From Ignavibacteria bacterium (GTDB taxonomy: Bacteria; Bacteroidota; Ignavibacteria; Tepidaquicellales; OLB5), in contig JAUQWS010000071.1 in the NCBI GenBank assembly GCA_030835025.1, positions 20,365 through 84,364 of the forward strand: 64,000 nucleotides of DNA, in the 5' to 3' direction. A program made the translations under genes and the position numbers. The notes under the pieces were generated by a model that worked only from the letters and a program-made list of their open reading frames with translations, did not search any database and had not been told where the DNA came from. Shown here piece after piece: positions 8,813 to 16,819 of this stretch. Positions within the stretch are counted from its first letter, which is position 1. Every line of letters begins with the position of its first letter.

Positions 8813-9694
8813 CTAATCGAGCTGTTTCTTCAATCTCATCCTGATATACTCAAACGTTTCTGAATATAATATCCCCGCAATCATAAGTGTTCCCCCGATT
8901 ATCTGTATTGAGCTGAACTGTTCATTGACAAATAATATTGAAAGCAGTACTGCCGAGGGCTGTTCCCATGTGTATATAATAGATGCACGAACCGGCGTGG
9001 TTTCTTTCTGGTACCTGTTAAGCAGAATTGTTGTAACAAAAGTCGCAAGTATTCCCATGTAAAGCAGCGAAAGTATCTCAAACTGCCCGAAAGCAATCAT
9101 CGAGAAGTCTTCAAATGCCGCTCCGAGCATGAAAGAAAGAACAACCACTACCCAAAGCTGTATGAATATAAGTGTCCTTATATCGTATTTATTTGTATAG
9201 ACATCAACATAAATGATGTAGAATGCCCAGGCAAACGGACAAATTACAGTAATAAGATCTCCAATATTGAACCCGTTAATATGCGGCTGAGTCAAAAGGT
9301 ACAGACCTATCGTAACTATTACTACTCCGACCCAGTTTTCGGGCTGGACCTTCTTTTTTGTAATGGCATATTGTGCAAACGGTACTATCAGTATTGTAAT
9401 TCCGGTGATAAGGGCAGAGTTTGAAGCAGATGTGTATATCATCCCGATAGTCTGCGTACTGAAACCAAGCATCTGGAAGTATCCCAGCACTAAGCCCGCC
9501 TTTAACAATGCGGAATTATTAAGCTCAAGATTGCGGAAAAAAAGCGCCGAAAAAAGCAGTGCGCCTATCAGAAACCTTATGCCTATAAAATAGAAAGGTG
9601 GCAGAGTTACCAGCGAGAGCTTTACTATCGGGAAAGTTCCTGCCCAGATCGTTGCAGTTAAGAAAAGCAGAAGCTCGGCTTTGAATCTTTTCAA
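8813..9694 (-). CDS. EamA/DMT-superfamily transporter
   Basis: About 10 TM helices arranged as two EamA-like halves. The ORF-track ATG at 9763 would overlap the upstream gene by 65 nt. A TTG at 9694, 5 nt after the upstream stop, gives MKRFKAELLLFLTATIW..., which I prefer. The start is uncertain. Confidence 0.75.
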   Translation of the reverse strand: MKRFKAELLLFLTATIWAGTFPIVKLSLVTLPPFYFIGIRFLIGALLFSALFFRNLELNNSALLKAGLVLGYFQMLGFSTQTIGMIYTSASNSALITGITILIVPFAQYAITKKKVQPENWVGVVIVTIGLYLLTQPHINGFNIGDLITVICPFAWAFYIIYVDVYTNKYDIRTLIFIQLWVVVVLSFMLGAAFEDFSMIAFGQFEILSLLYMGILATFVTTILLNRYQKETTPVRASIIYTWEQPSAVLLSILFVNEQFSSIQIIGGTLMIAGILYSETFEYIRMRLKKQLD

Positions 9695-9698
9695 GGCT

Positions 9699-10619
9699 TT
9701 AAGGATTGAGTTTATACATGATCTGCTGTATGTAAGGTATACTTGACCTGTAAATAATAACAAGCGAGAACACGAACCACATCAGTACCGTTAAGATTAT
9801 CGGGATATCTTTTGTTACAATTGATGTAGGTGACTCTCCCATGTTCTTCTGGTGCATCAGGTACATATAGCGGAATATTCCGTAGATCACAAAAGGAGTG
9901 GTATATATCAGTTTTTCTGTGCCGAATGTAAACACAGTTCGTTCTGAAACAGTATATAAAGCATACGAAATGATAGTCCCTGCTGCTGCAATTGTGTTTA
10001 TCTGGTCAGCAAACTCAACGGAGTAATCCTTAAGCACTTTGCGCTGCTTATCGATATTTTCTTTGTTAAGTATTTGTGAAAGCTCGCTGCGCCTTTTTGA
10101 AATTGCAAGGAAAAGTGAAATAAAAATAGTCGTTAGCATCATCCAGCTTGATACAGGTACTCCGATAGCCGCAGCACCGCCCAGTACTCTCAGCATAAAT
10201 CCGAAAGATATGAAAAATACATCAAGCAGCACAATGGATTTAACTTTAAGCGAATATATAAGGTTCGTTATCAGATAAAGGATAATTACAACCGCAAAAA
10301 TAGTTCTCTGGAAGATGAGGCCGCAAATTATAAGCGCCATGATAATTACAAGGAAAACCATTGCCTGCTTTACACTTATTTCCCCGGAAGCAATTGGACG
10401 GTATTTCTTCTTCGGGTGGGCACGGTCACTTTCAACATCAAGTATATCATTAATTATATACACTGCGCTTGATGCGAGCGAGAAGATGAAGAATGCAGCT
10501 ATTGAGGGAATAACGTAATCAAAGTGAAATATATGTTTCGAAAAAAGCAACGGGGCAAAAACAAAGAAATTTTTGATCCATTGTTTCGGCCTTATCAGTC
10601 TTACAAGGTGTACTATCAT
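9699..10619 (-). CDS. UbiA-superfamily prenyltransferase, decaprenyl-phosphate phosphoribosyltransferase-like
   Basis: 306 aa, polytopic. The N-terminal hallmark is RPKQWIKNFFVFAPLLFS and the Asp-rich motif is NDILDVESDRAHPKKKYRPIASG. Confidence 0.75.
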   Translation of the reverse strand: MIVHLVRLIRPKQWIKNFFVFAPLLFSKHIFHFDYVIPSIAAFFIFSLASSAVYIINDILDVESDRAHPKKKYRPIASGEISVKQAMVFLVIIMALIICGLIFQRTIFAVVIILYLITNLIYSLKVKSIVLLDVFFISFGFMLRVLGGAAAIGVPVSSWMMLTTIFISLFLAISKRRSELSQILNKENIDKQRKVLKDYSVEFADQINTIAAAGTIISYALYTVSERTVFTFGTEKLIYTTPFVIYGIFRYMYLMHQKNMGESPTSIVTKDIPIILTVLMWFVFSLVIIYRSSIPYIQQIMYKLNP

Positions 10620-10628
10620 AATTGCTTA

Positions 10629-12185
10629 TTACTTCATATTTGAAGCGGCATTTTCTATTTTGTTCCAGTCGATACGGTAAACAAACATTTCAATCCCTCC
10701 GCAAATAGTATTTTTTTCAAGCCGTGCGCTGTATACCTGCAAAAATGCTCCGGAGTAATTATCCATTATATATTCAAACCAATCAGGGTAAATTATTATG
10801 TAATTCACGCCTTTTTCTTTAAGGTAATTAAAAAGAGCCTTTGTTCCTTCTTCATAGCTCATCTTCTGGAATTTGAAAACCTCGGGCGATACAAGTCCGG
10901 CCATATCCACAACATATTTCTTTGTTGTGAAAGCGATAATGCCTATATCATTCATTCCGAAAGCCTTTTCATCCTGCAGGTTTGCCTTTAGCCATTTGCC
11001 TATTGAGCCCTGCTGGCCGTTTATGTTTTGCACATTCCATCCCAGCACACCTGCAAAAAGCACTCCGCTGTTTATGGAAAAGATCAAAACAAGAGCTATC
11101 GATAGCTTCCGCATAAACTCAAACTTCTTGTGTTCTTTGTTATGATAATGCAGGTGTATCTTATGCAATATATAAATCGCAATGATGTTAATAAATGGAA
11201 TTAGCGGAATCAAATACCTTCCGTGATGACGCCAGTTTGAGGCAACAAAAGCAGATACAAGCGGAAGTAGAAATACCCACAGGTTAACAAAAATAAATTT
11301 CATATCTGCCTGCTTTTTAAACAGGCTTCTGATGAAATATGCCATTGCTGCAAACCAGAGTATAAGCACAATGAGATTATCTTTTACAAATATCTTGCCA
11401 GATTCTAGCAAGAATGTAAAATTGGGAAGGAATTTAGAGCCCGCACCAACCTGACCTTCATAAGTATTCGGCAGGAATCCGCCGGTATGTACGTAACAGA
11501 ATATCGGATAAGGAATCAGCAGCACAACGAAGAGAAGCACTGATAGCGTAAGTTTACCTGAATTCTCTTTGAGCGACTTTCTGAACAGAAAGATCGTCAA
11601 CAAATAGTATATGCCTGCCAACAGATAAGTCTCAGGCCTTGTGTTTGATGCAATTCCCAGAAGGAGCCCGGTTGATACAAATACTTTACCACTTTCATAT
11701 TCTTTCAGTTGATTCCGGAACACTAGTATGCAAAGAAGCGTGAATAGCGTGATTTCCATCCCCGAAAGCGATGACCAGAGCAGCCGGCCGGAGGCCATTG
11801 TTATCAGCGTTATCAGCAATGAGTATATGCCGTCAAATCCCAGCCGTACACAAAACTTATACAGTTCGATAAGCGCTATGAGAAAAAAGAGAGAGCTTAT
11901 AAAAAGCGCATAGGGCAAAATCAGATTCTGTGAAAACAAAAACGGTACGCTGAGTATTGCAACCCATAGGGGGGAAGTTGTTCCGGGAGTGGGTTCACCC
12001 GGATTATACTGATAAAAATTTCCCTGCGCAAAATTTTCTGCAAATCTAAAATGTATCCAGACATCATCAAGTGGTGCGCCGAATTCACTGCCTGCAATAT
12101 TATACTCCGCAACAAGATATGCAGCCTGTATGCAAATGAAGATCAGTATTATGGTCAGTATATGCTTATCTGTGTTCTTAAACAT
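10629..12185 (-). CDS. Large polytopic membrane protein, GT-C-fold glycosyltransferase-like
   Basis: 518 aa with about 12 TM helices followed by a soluble C-terminal domain of about 130 aa. An acidic DD motif (GAPLDDVWIHFRFAENF) sits in the first extracytoplasmic loop right after TM1, as in GT-C enzymes. The gene ends 9 bp before the UbiA-like gene. Confidence 0.5.
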   Translation of the reverse strand: MFKNTDKHILTIILIFICIQAAYLVAEYNIAGSEFGAPLDDVWIHFRFAENFAQGNFYQYNPGEPTPGTTSPLWVAILSVPFLFSQNLILPYALFISSLFFLIALIELYKFCVRLGFDGIYSLLITLITMASGRLLWSSLSGMEITLFTLLCILVFRNQLKEYESGKVFVSTGLLLGIASNTRPETYLLAGIYYLLTIFLFRKSLKENSGKLTLSVLLFVVLLIPYPIFCYVHTGGFLPNTYEGQVGAGSKFLPNFTFLLESGKIFVKDNLIVLILWFAAMAYFIRSLFKKQADMKFIFVNLWVFLLPLVSAFVASNWRHHGRYLIPLIPFINIIAIYILHKIHLHYHNKEHKKFEFMRKLSIALVLIFSINSGVLFAGVLGWNVQNINGQQGSIGKWLKANLQDEKAFGMNDIGIIAFTTKKYVVDMAGLVSPEVFKFQKMSYEEGTKALFNYLKEKGVNYIIIYPDWFEYIMDNYSGAFLQVYSARLEKNTICGGIEMFVYRIDWNKIENAASNMK

Positions 12186-12274
12186 TTGCAGAACCTGTAT
12201 TTAAGTCAAGTATAACTTTTTCAATAGTTTCCAGCAGGTAATTTAAGTGATTAAGTAAAAAAAGTGCAGTCAAT

Positions 12275-12303
12275 AAAAAACCCCACAGATATTTTCTACG
12301 GGG
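12275..12303 (-). terminator. Rho-independent terminator of the mutase gene
   Basis: On the minus-strand RNA, ccccguag aaaauau cugugggg forms an 8-bp stem that includes two G-U pairs. It is followed by uuuuuu. Confidence 0.55.
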
Positions 12304-12338
12304 TAATTCCGGTTGTTGGTGTTAAACGGTAACTATCC

Positions 12339-14033
12339 TTAAAAGATCGATTGTTCTTCGTAAACTCCGAAAGGTTCCTTAAGTGCATTGCACATTTCTC
12401 CAAGTGTTACGTTATTTCGTGCACAGTCCAGTATGCGGGGCATAAGGTTCGTCCCGTCATTTGCGGACTGGAGCAGATTCTTGAGGCTTTCGGAAACTTT
12501 TTTGCTGTTTCTTGATGCTTTCAGCTCACGAAGCCTTTGTACCTGAACTCTTTCAACTTCTTTCGAGATCTTCAGTATCGGAATTTCTATTTTTTCATCT
12601 TCTTCCACAAAATCATTCACCCCGACTATAATCTTCTCTTTTGTATCAAGCTCAAGCTGATAGTGATAAGCAGCGTCAGCAATTTCCTTCTGGAAGAAAC
12701 CTGCCTCTATTGCGGGAATAACTCCACCCAATGCATCTATCTTACTGAAATATGCTTCAGCTTCATCTTCCATCTTCTTCGTTAGTGCTTCTACATAATA
12801 GCTCCCGCCTAGGGGATCAACCGAGTTTATCACTCCGTGCTCATACCCGATTATCTGCTGGGTCCTGAGCGCAATTTTTACAGCCTTATCCGATGGTAGT
12901 GCAAGAGTCTCATCCATGGAATTTGTGTGCAGGCTTTGAGTACCTCCAAGCACAGCTGCAAGTGCTTCAATTGCAGTTCTTACTATATTGTTTTCAGGCT
13001 GCTGCGCTGTGAGTGAGCAGCCCGCAGTCTGCGTGTGGAATCTGAGTGTCCATGATTTCGGATTCTTTGCGCCGTATTTGTAACGCATTCTTTTTGCATA
13101 GATCTTTCTTGCCGCACGGAACTTAGCGATCTCTTCGAAGAAATCAAGATGTGAGTTAAAGAAAAATGACATCCTGGGAGCAAATGAATCAACATCCATA
13201 CCGCGTGCAATACATGCTTCTATGTAGGCAAAGCCATCCGCCAGGGTGAAAGCAAGCTCCTGTGCGGCAGTTGAACCTGCTTCGCGGATATGATACCCGC
13301 TGACAGATACCGGATTGAATTGCGGAACATTATCCTTACAGTACTCTATCATATCAACAATGATGCGCATCGAGGGTTCAGGGTGATAAATAAATTCTTT
13401 CTGGGCTATATATTCTTTCAGAATATCATTCTGCAGAGTTCCGCGGAGCTTATTGAAAGGAACTCCCTGCAATTCGGCAACTCCCAAATAGAACGCAAAT
13501 ACCATTGCAGCAGGAGAGTTTATTGTCATAGAAGTAGAGACCTGATCCAGCGGAATTCCATCGAAGAGTATCTTCATATCTTCAAGAGATGAAATTGCCA
13601 CACCGCAAATGCCTACTTCGCCTTCTGCAAGCGTGTCATCTGAATCCCAGCCCATAAGCGTGGGCATATCGAAAGCAGTCGAAAGTCCTGTTTGTCCGTG
13701 CGAAAGCAGGTATTTAAAACGCTCGTTGGTATCTTCGGGTGAACCGAAACCGGCGAACTGGCGCATTGTCCACAGCTTGCCTCTGTAAAGGTTATGGTGA
13801 ATTCCTCTGGTATACGGAAACTCACCCGGAAGCCCAATTTCCTTGTCATAATCAATATGCTCTACATCTTCGGGAGTGTAAACAAGCTCAACATCTTCAC
13901 CGCTTAGCGAAGTGAATTTCATGCCGCTTGTCGGCATCTCTTGAGCTGTTTCCATCCATTCCTTCTTGGATTTGCTTTTATTTGTCAGCGGGCCCTGCTT
14001 CTTGCCCGAAGGTTTTCCGTTGTTTTGACTCAT
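12339..14033 (-). CDS. Methylmalonyl-CoA mutase family, large (catalytic TIM-barrel) subunit without a fused B12-binding domain
   Basis: 564 aa. Motifs seen: [55 protein letters not shown] and [21 protein letters not shown]. The protein stops before the C-terminal cobalamin-binding domain found in fused MCMs. Confidence 0.9.
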   Translation of the reverse strand: MSQNNGKPSGKKQGPLTNKSKSKKEWMETAQEMPTSGMKFTSLSGEDVELVYTPEDVEHIDYDKEIGLPGEFPYTRGIHHNLYRGKLWTMRQFAGFGSPEDTNERFKYLLSHGQTGLSTAFDMPTLMGWDSDDTLAEGEVGICGVAISSLEDMKILFDGIPLDQVSTSMTINSPAAMVFAFYLGVAELQGVPFNKLRGTLQNDILKEYIAQKEFIYHPEPSMRIIVDMIEYCKDNVPQFNPVSVSGYHIREAGSTAAQELAFTLADGFAYIEACIARGMDVDSFAPRMSFFFNSHLDFFEEIAKFRAARKIYAKRMRYKYGAKNPKSWTLRFHTQTAGCSLTAQQPENNIVRTAIEALAAVLGGTQSLHTNSMDETLALPSDKAVKIALRTQQIIGYEHGVINSVDPLGGSYYVEALTKKMEDEAEAYFSKIDALGGVIPAIEAGFFQKEIADAAYHYQLELDTKEKIIVGVNDFVEEDEKIEIPILKISKEVERVQVQRLRELKASRNSKKVSESLKNLLQSANDGTNLMPRILDCARNNVTLGEMCNALKEPFGVYEEQSIF

Positions 14034-14072
14034 TAATGCCCTTTATCTATATACACTGATTTTTTTAATCTG

Positions 14073-14080
14073 CAAAAATA
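14073..14080 (-). promoter_or_regulatory. Bacteroidetes-type -7 promoter box (TAnnTTTG on the minus strand)
   Basis: The forward sequence caaaaata reads tatttttg on the minus strand. It lies 40 bp upstream of the mutase ATG at 14033. Confidence 0.3.
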
Positions 14081-14238
14081 CTCATTTTAAATGAACTTAT
14101 CTATATACTACGCCTCAATAGGTTTTCAGCTTCAAACCATATGAATCAATGTTTATTAAACTAATTGACCGGTTTTTGCGTTCATTATTAATATAGTGGC
14201 TTTATATATGGTTTTTTTTTGAGTAATTTTATGGGCTA

Positions 14239-15432
14239 ATGCAATTAATAAAGGATAATATTAAGACTGATTTGGAACTAACTCCCAAAGAAAATGAGCG
14301 TTACAGCAGGCATCTCGTAATCCCCGAAGTGGGAATTGAAGGCCAGCAGAAGCTTAAAGGCTCAAGTGTCCTTATTATTGGCGCAGGGGGACTCGGCTCG
14401 CCGCTTGGCATGTACCTTGCCGCAGCGGGCGTAGGTACTATTGGCATTATTGATTTTGATACCGTCAGTTATTCCAACCTTCAGCGCCAGGTGATTTTTT
14501 CAACAAATGATGTGGGCCATCCAAAGGCTGAGCTTGCAAAAACACGGCTGCTTGAGATAAATCCGAACATTACCGTAAACTTCATAAGTGCAAAACTGAC
14601 ACGAGACAATGCATTAGAGCTGTTTAAGGATTACGATATCATTGCAGATGGTTCAGATAATTTTGCCGCAAAGTACCTTGTTAACGATGCATGCGTTATG
14701 CTAGGCAAACCGTTCGTTTCGGGGAGCATATTAAGATTTGATGGGCAGGTTTCATTTTTTGATCCGAAGACCGGTCCCTGTTACCGGTGCCTTTTCCCCG
14801 AACCTCCATTTGCCGGTGAAGCTCCTTCGTGTTCAGAAGCGGGAGTACTTGGTGTATTGCCCGGAATTATCGGCTCGATACAGGCAAACGAGATCATAAA
14901 ATACATTATCGGCAAGGGAGAACTTTTAAAGGGCAGGCTGCTGATGCTTGATGCACTTGATATGAAGTTCACCGAATTGCATTTTGAAAAAGATCCAGCG
15001 TGCCCCGTGTGTTCCTCCAGCCCGCTTATAACAGAGCTGCTTGATTATGAAGAAAATTGCTTTCATCCGTCAAATGTTAATAACTCAATAAATACAATGT
15101 CAGATAATTCAAAAAATGAGATAACTGTAACAGATTACAAAGCAAAAGTGGATAGCGGCGAAGAACCTTTCCTGCTGGATGTTCGGGAAGCGTTTGAAAC
15201 AAAAATAGCATCAATCGGCGGACACTTAATACCGCTTAGCGAACTCCGCGACAGGCTTGGCGAGCTTCCGAAGGATAAGAGCGAAGAAATAATTGTTTAC
15301 TGCAGAACAGGCAACCGCAGCCACCACGCAATGGTTTTTTTGAAGGAAGAGGGCTATACGAATGTGAAGAACCTGCTAGGCGGAATTCACGCATGGCATG
15401 ATATGATAGACCCGAAAATACAGAAATATTAA
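14239..15432 (+). CDS. moeB: MoeB/ThiF-type adenylyltransferase fused to a C-terminal rhodanese domain
   Basis: 397 aa. The N-terminus reads [20 protein letters not shown] and the ATP site is [27 protein letters not shown]. Zinc-binding Cys pairs are CYRC and CPVC. The rhodanese active-site loop is YCRTGNRS. Confidence 0.9.
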   Translation: MQLIKDNIKTDLELTPKENERYSRHLVIPEVGIEGQQKLKGSSVLIIGAGGLGSPLGMYLAAAGVGTIGIIDFDTVSYSNLQRQVIFSTNDVGHPKAELAKTRLLEINPNITVNFISAKLTRDNALELFKDYDIIADGSDNFAAKYLVNDACVMLGKPFVSGSILRFDGQVSFFDPKTGPCYRCLFPEPPFAGEAPSCSEAGVLGVLPGIIGSIQANEIIKYIIGKGELLKGRLLMLDALDMKFTELHFEKDPACPVCSSSPLITELLDYEENCFHPSNVNNSINTMSDNSKNEITVTDYKAKVDSGEEPFLLDVREAFETKIASIGGHLIPLSELRDRLGELPKDKSEEIIVYCRTGNRSHHAMVFLKEEGYTNVKNLLGGIHAWHDMIDPKIQKY

Positions 15433-15439
15433 TATAAGA

Positions 15440-16402
15440 ATGGAACCCCTTGTTGTTAAAGAAGAAGAACTTAAGCTTACCCCGTTCAATATAGAAGACG
15501 AGATACTTGCGCTTAAGAAGAAATTGAACGCTGTTATCCTTGCTCACTATTACCAGGAGTCTGAGATACAGGACCTGGCAGATTTCATAGGGGATTCGCT
15601 TGAGCTCTCTAAACGCGCCGCATCCACCGAAGCGGATGTAATAGTCTTTGCCGGTGTGCATTTTATGGCGGAGACTGCGAAGATTCTTAACCCAAAAAAG
15701 AAGGTTCTGCTTCCTGACCTCAATGCAGGATGTTCTTTAGCTGAAGGCTGCCCGGCACCGCTGTTCAAAAAATTCCGCGATGAGTACCCGGATCATATTG
15801 TTATCAGCTATATAAATTGTTCGGCAGCCGTAAAAGCATTAAGTGACATTATCTGCACTTCGTCAAATGCTGTTAAGATAATTGAGCAGCTTCCTGCCGG
15901 GCAGAAAATAATATTCGCTCCCGATAAGAATCTAGGACGGTACATCATGAAAAAAACCGGGAGAGAAATGCTGATGTGGGAAGGGAGCTGTATCGTACAC
16001 GAGACTTTCAATGAAAGAAAGATAATCGATCTTACTACAGAATTCCCGAGCGCGCTTTTGATCGCTCATCCGGAATGTGAAGAATCAATACTTGCCCGTG
16101 CGCATTTTATCGGTTCAACAAGTGCACTATTGAAATTCACGCAGGAGTCTGATGCTAATGAATTTATTGTTGCAACCGAAGAGGGCATAATTCACCAGAT
16201 GCTGAAGAAGTCGCCGCATAAGAAGTTCATTCCGGCTCCGCCCAATGCGAACTGCGCATGCAATGAATGTCCGTATATGAAACTGAACACGATGGAAAAG
16301 CTTTACCTTTGCATGAGAGAACTTAAGCCCGAGATCATTCTTGATGAAGATTTAAGGCTTAAGGCGCTTAAGCCAATTCAAAGAATGCTCGAAATGAGCT
16401 GA
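15440..16402 (+). CDS. nadA: Quinolinate synthase NadA
   Basis: 320 aa. Motifs seen: ILAHYYQ and [11 protein letters not shown]. The three cluster-ligand Cys contexts are [17 protein letters not shown] and CNECPYMK. Confidence 0.93.
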   Translation: MEPLVVKEEELKLTPFNIEDEILALKKKLNAVILAHYYQESEIQDLADFIGDSLELSKRAASTEADVIVFAGVHFMAETAKILNPKKKVLLPDLNAGCSLAEGCPAPLFKKFRDEYPDHIVISYINCSAAVKALSDIICTSSNAVKIIEQLPAGQKIIFAPDKNLGRYIMKKTGREMLMWEGSCIVHETFNERKIIDLTTEFPSALLIAHPECEESILARAHFIGSTSALLKFTQESDANEFIVATEEGIIHQMLKKSPHKKFIPAPPNANCACNECPYMKLNTMEKLYLCMRELKPEIILDEDLRLKALKPIQRMLEMS

Positions 16403-16433
16403 CAATTCTTTTAAACTGTACATTCTCCCGTCT

Positions 16434-16739
16434 ATGAACCTGGTACAATTCAAGCGTAATCCCGATGAAGTTTCATTTCACATCAAGTTTGATGATGGCT
16501 TTGAAACCGATATTACTTCAAATGCACTTCGTGTAAATTGTCCCTGTGCCGGCTGCAAAGGTGAAGAAGTGCTGCTCTATAAGTTCGAACCAAAAATCCC
16601 TGCATCTTTAAACGATGAATCGTTTGAACTTGTGAAAGCAGAAATGGTAGGGAATTATGCAATCCAGCTTTTTTGGAAGGACGGGCACAATACGGGTCTT
16701 TACAACTGGACTTATCTTCGCGAATTGGCCTCAAAATGA
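16434..16739 (+). CDS. DUF971 (gamma-butyrobetaine hydroxylase N-terminal-like) domain protein
   Basis: 101 aa. It shows the family pattern LRVNCPCAGCKGE ... GNYAIQLFWKDGHNTGLYNWTYLREL. Confidence 0.8.
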   Translation: MNLVQFKRNPDEVSFHIKFDDGFETDITSNALRVNCPCAGCKGEEVLLYKFEPKIPASLNDESFELVKAEMVGNYAIQLFWKDGHNTGLYNWTYLRELASK

Positions 16740-16819
16740 CCCTTTCGGTTAGCGTTAGTCAAACTTTAAACATTGAATTTCCGCCCTTATTACATTATAA
16801 TTAATAAATTACCGTTAAA

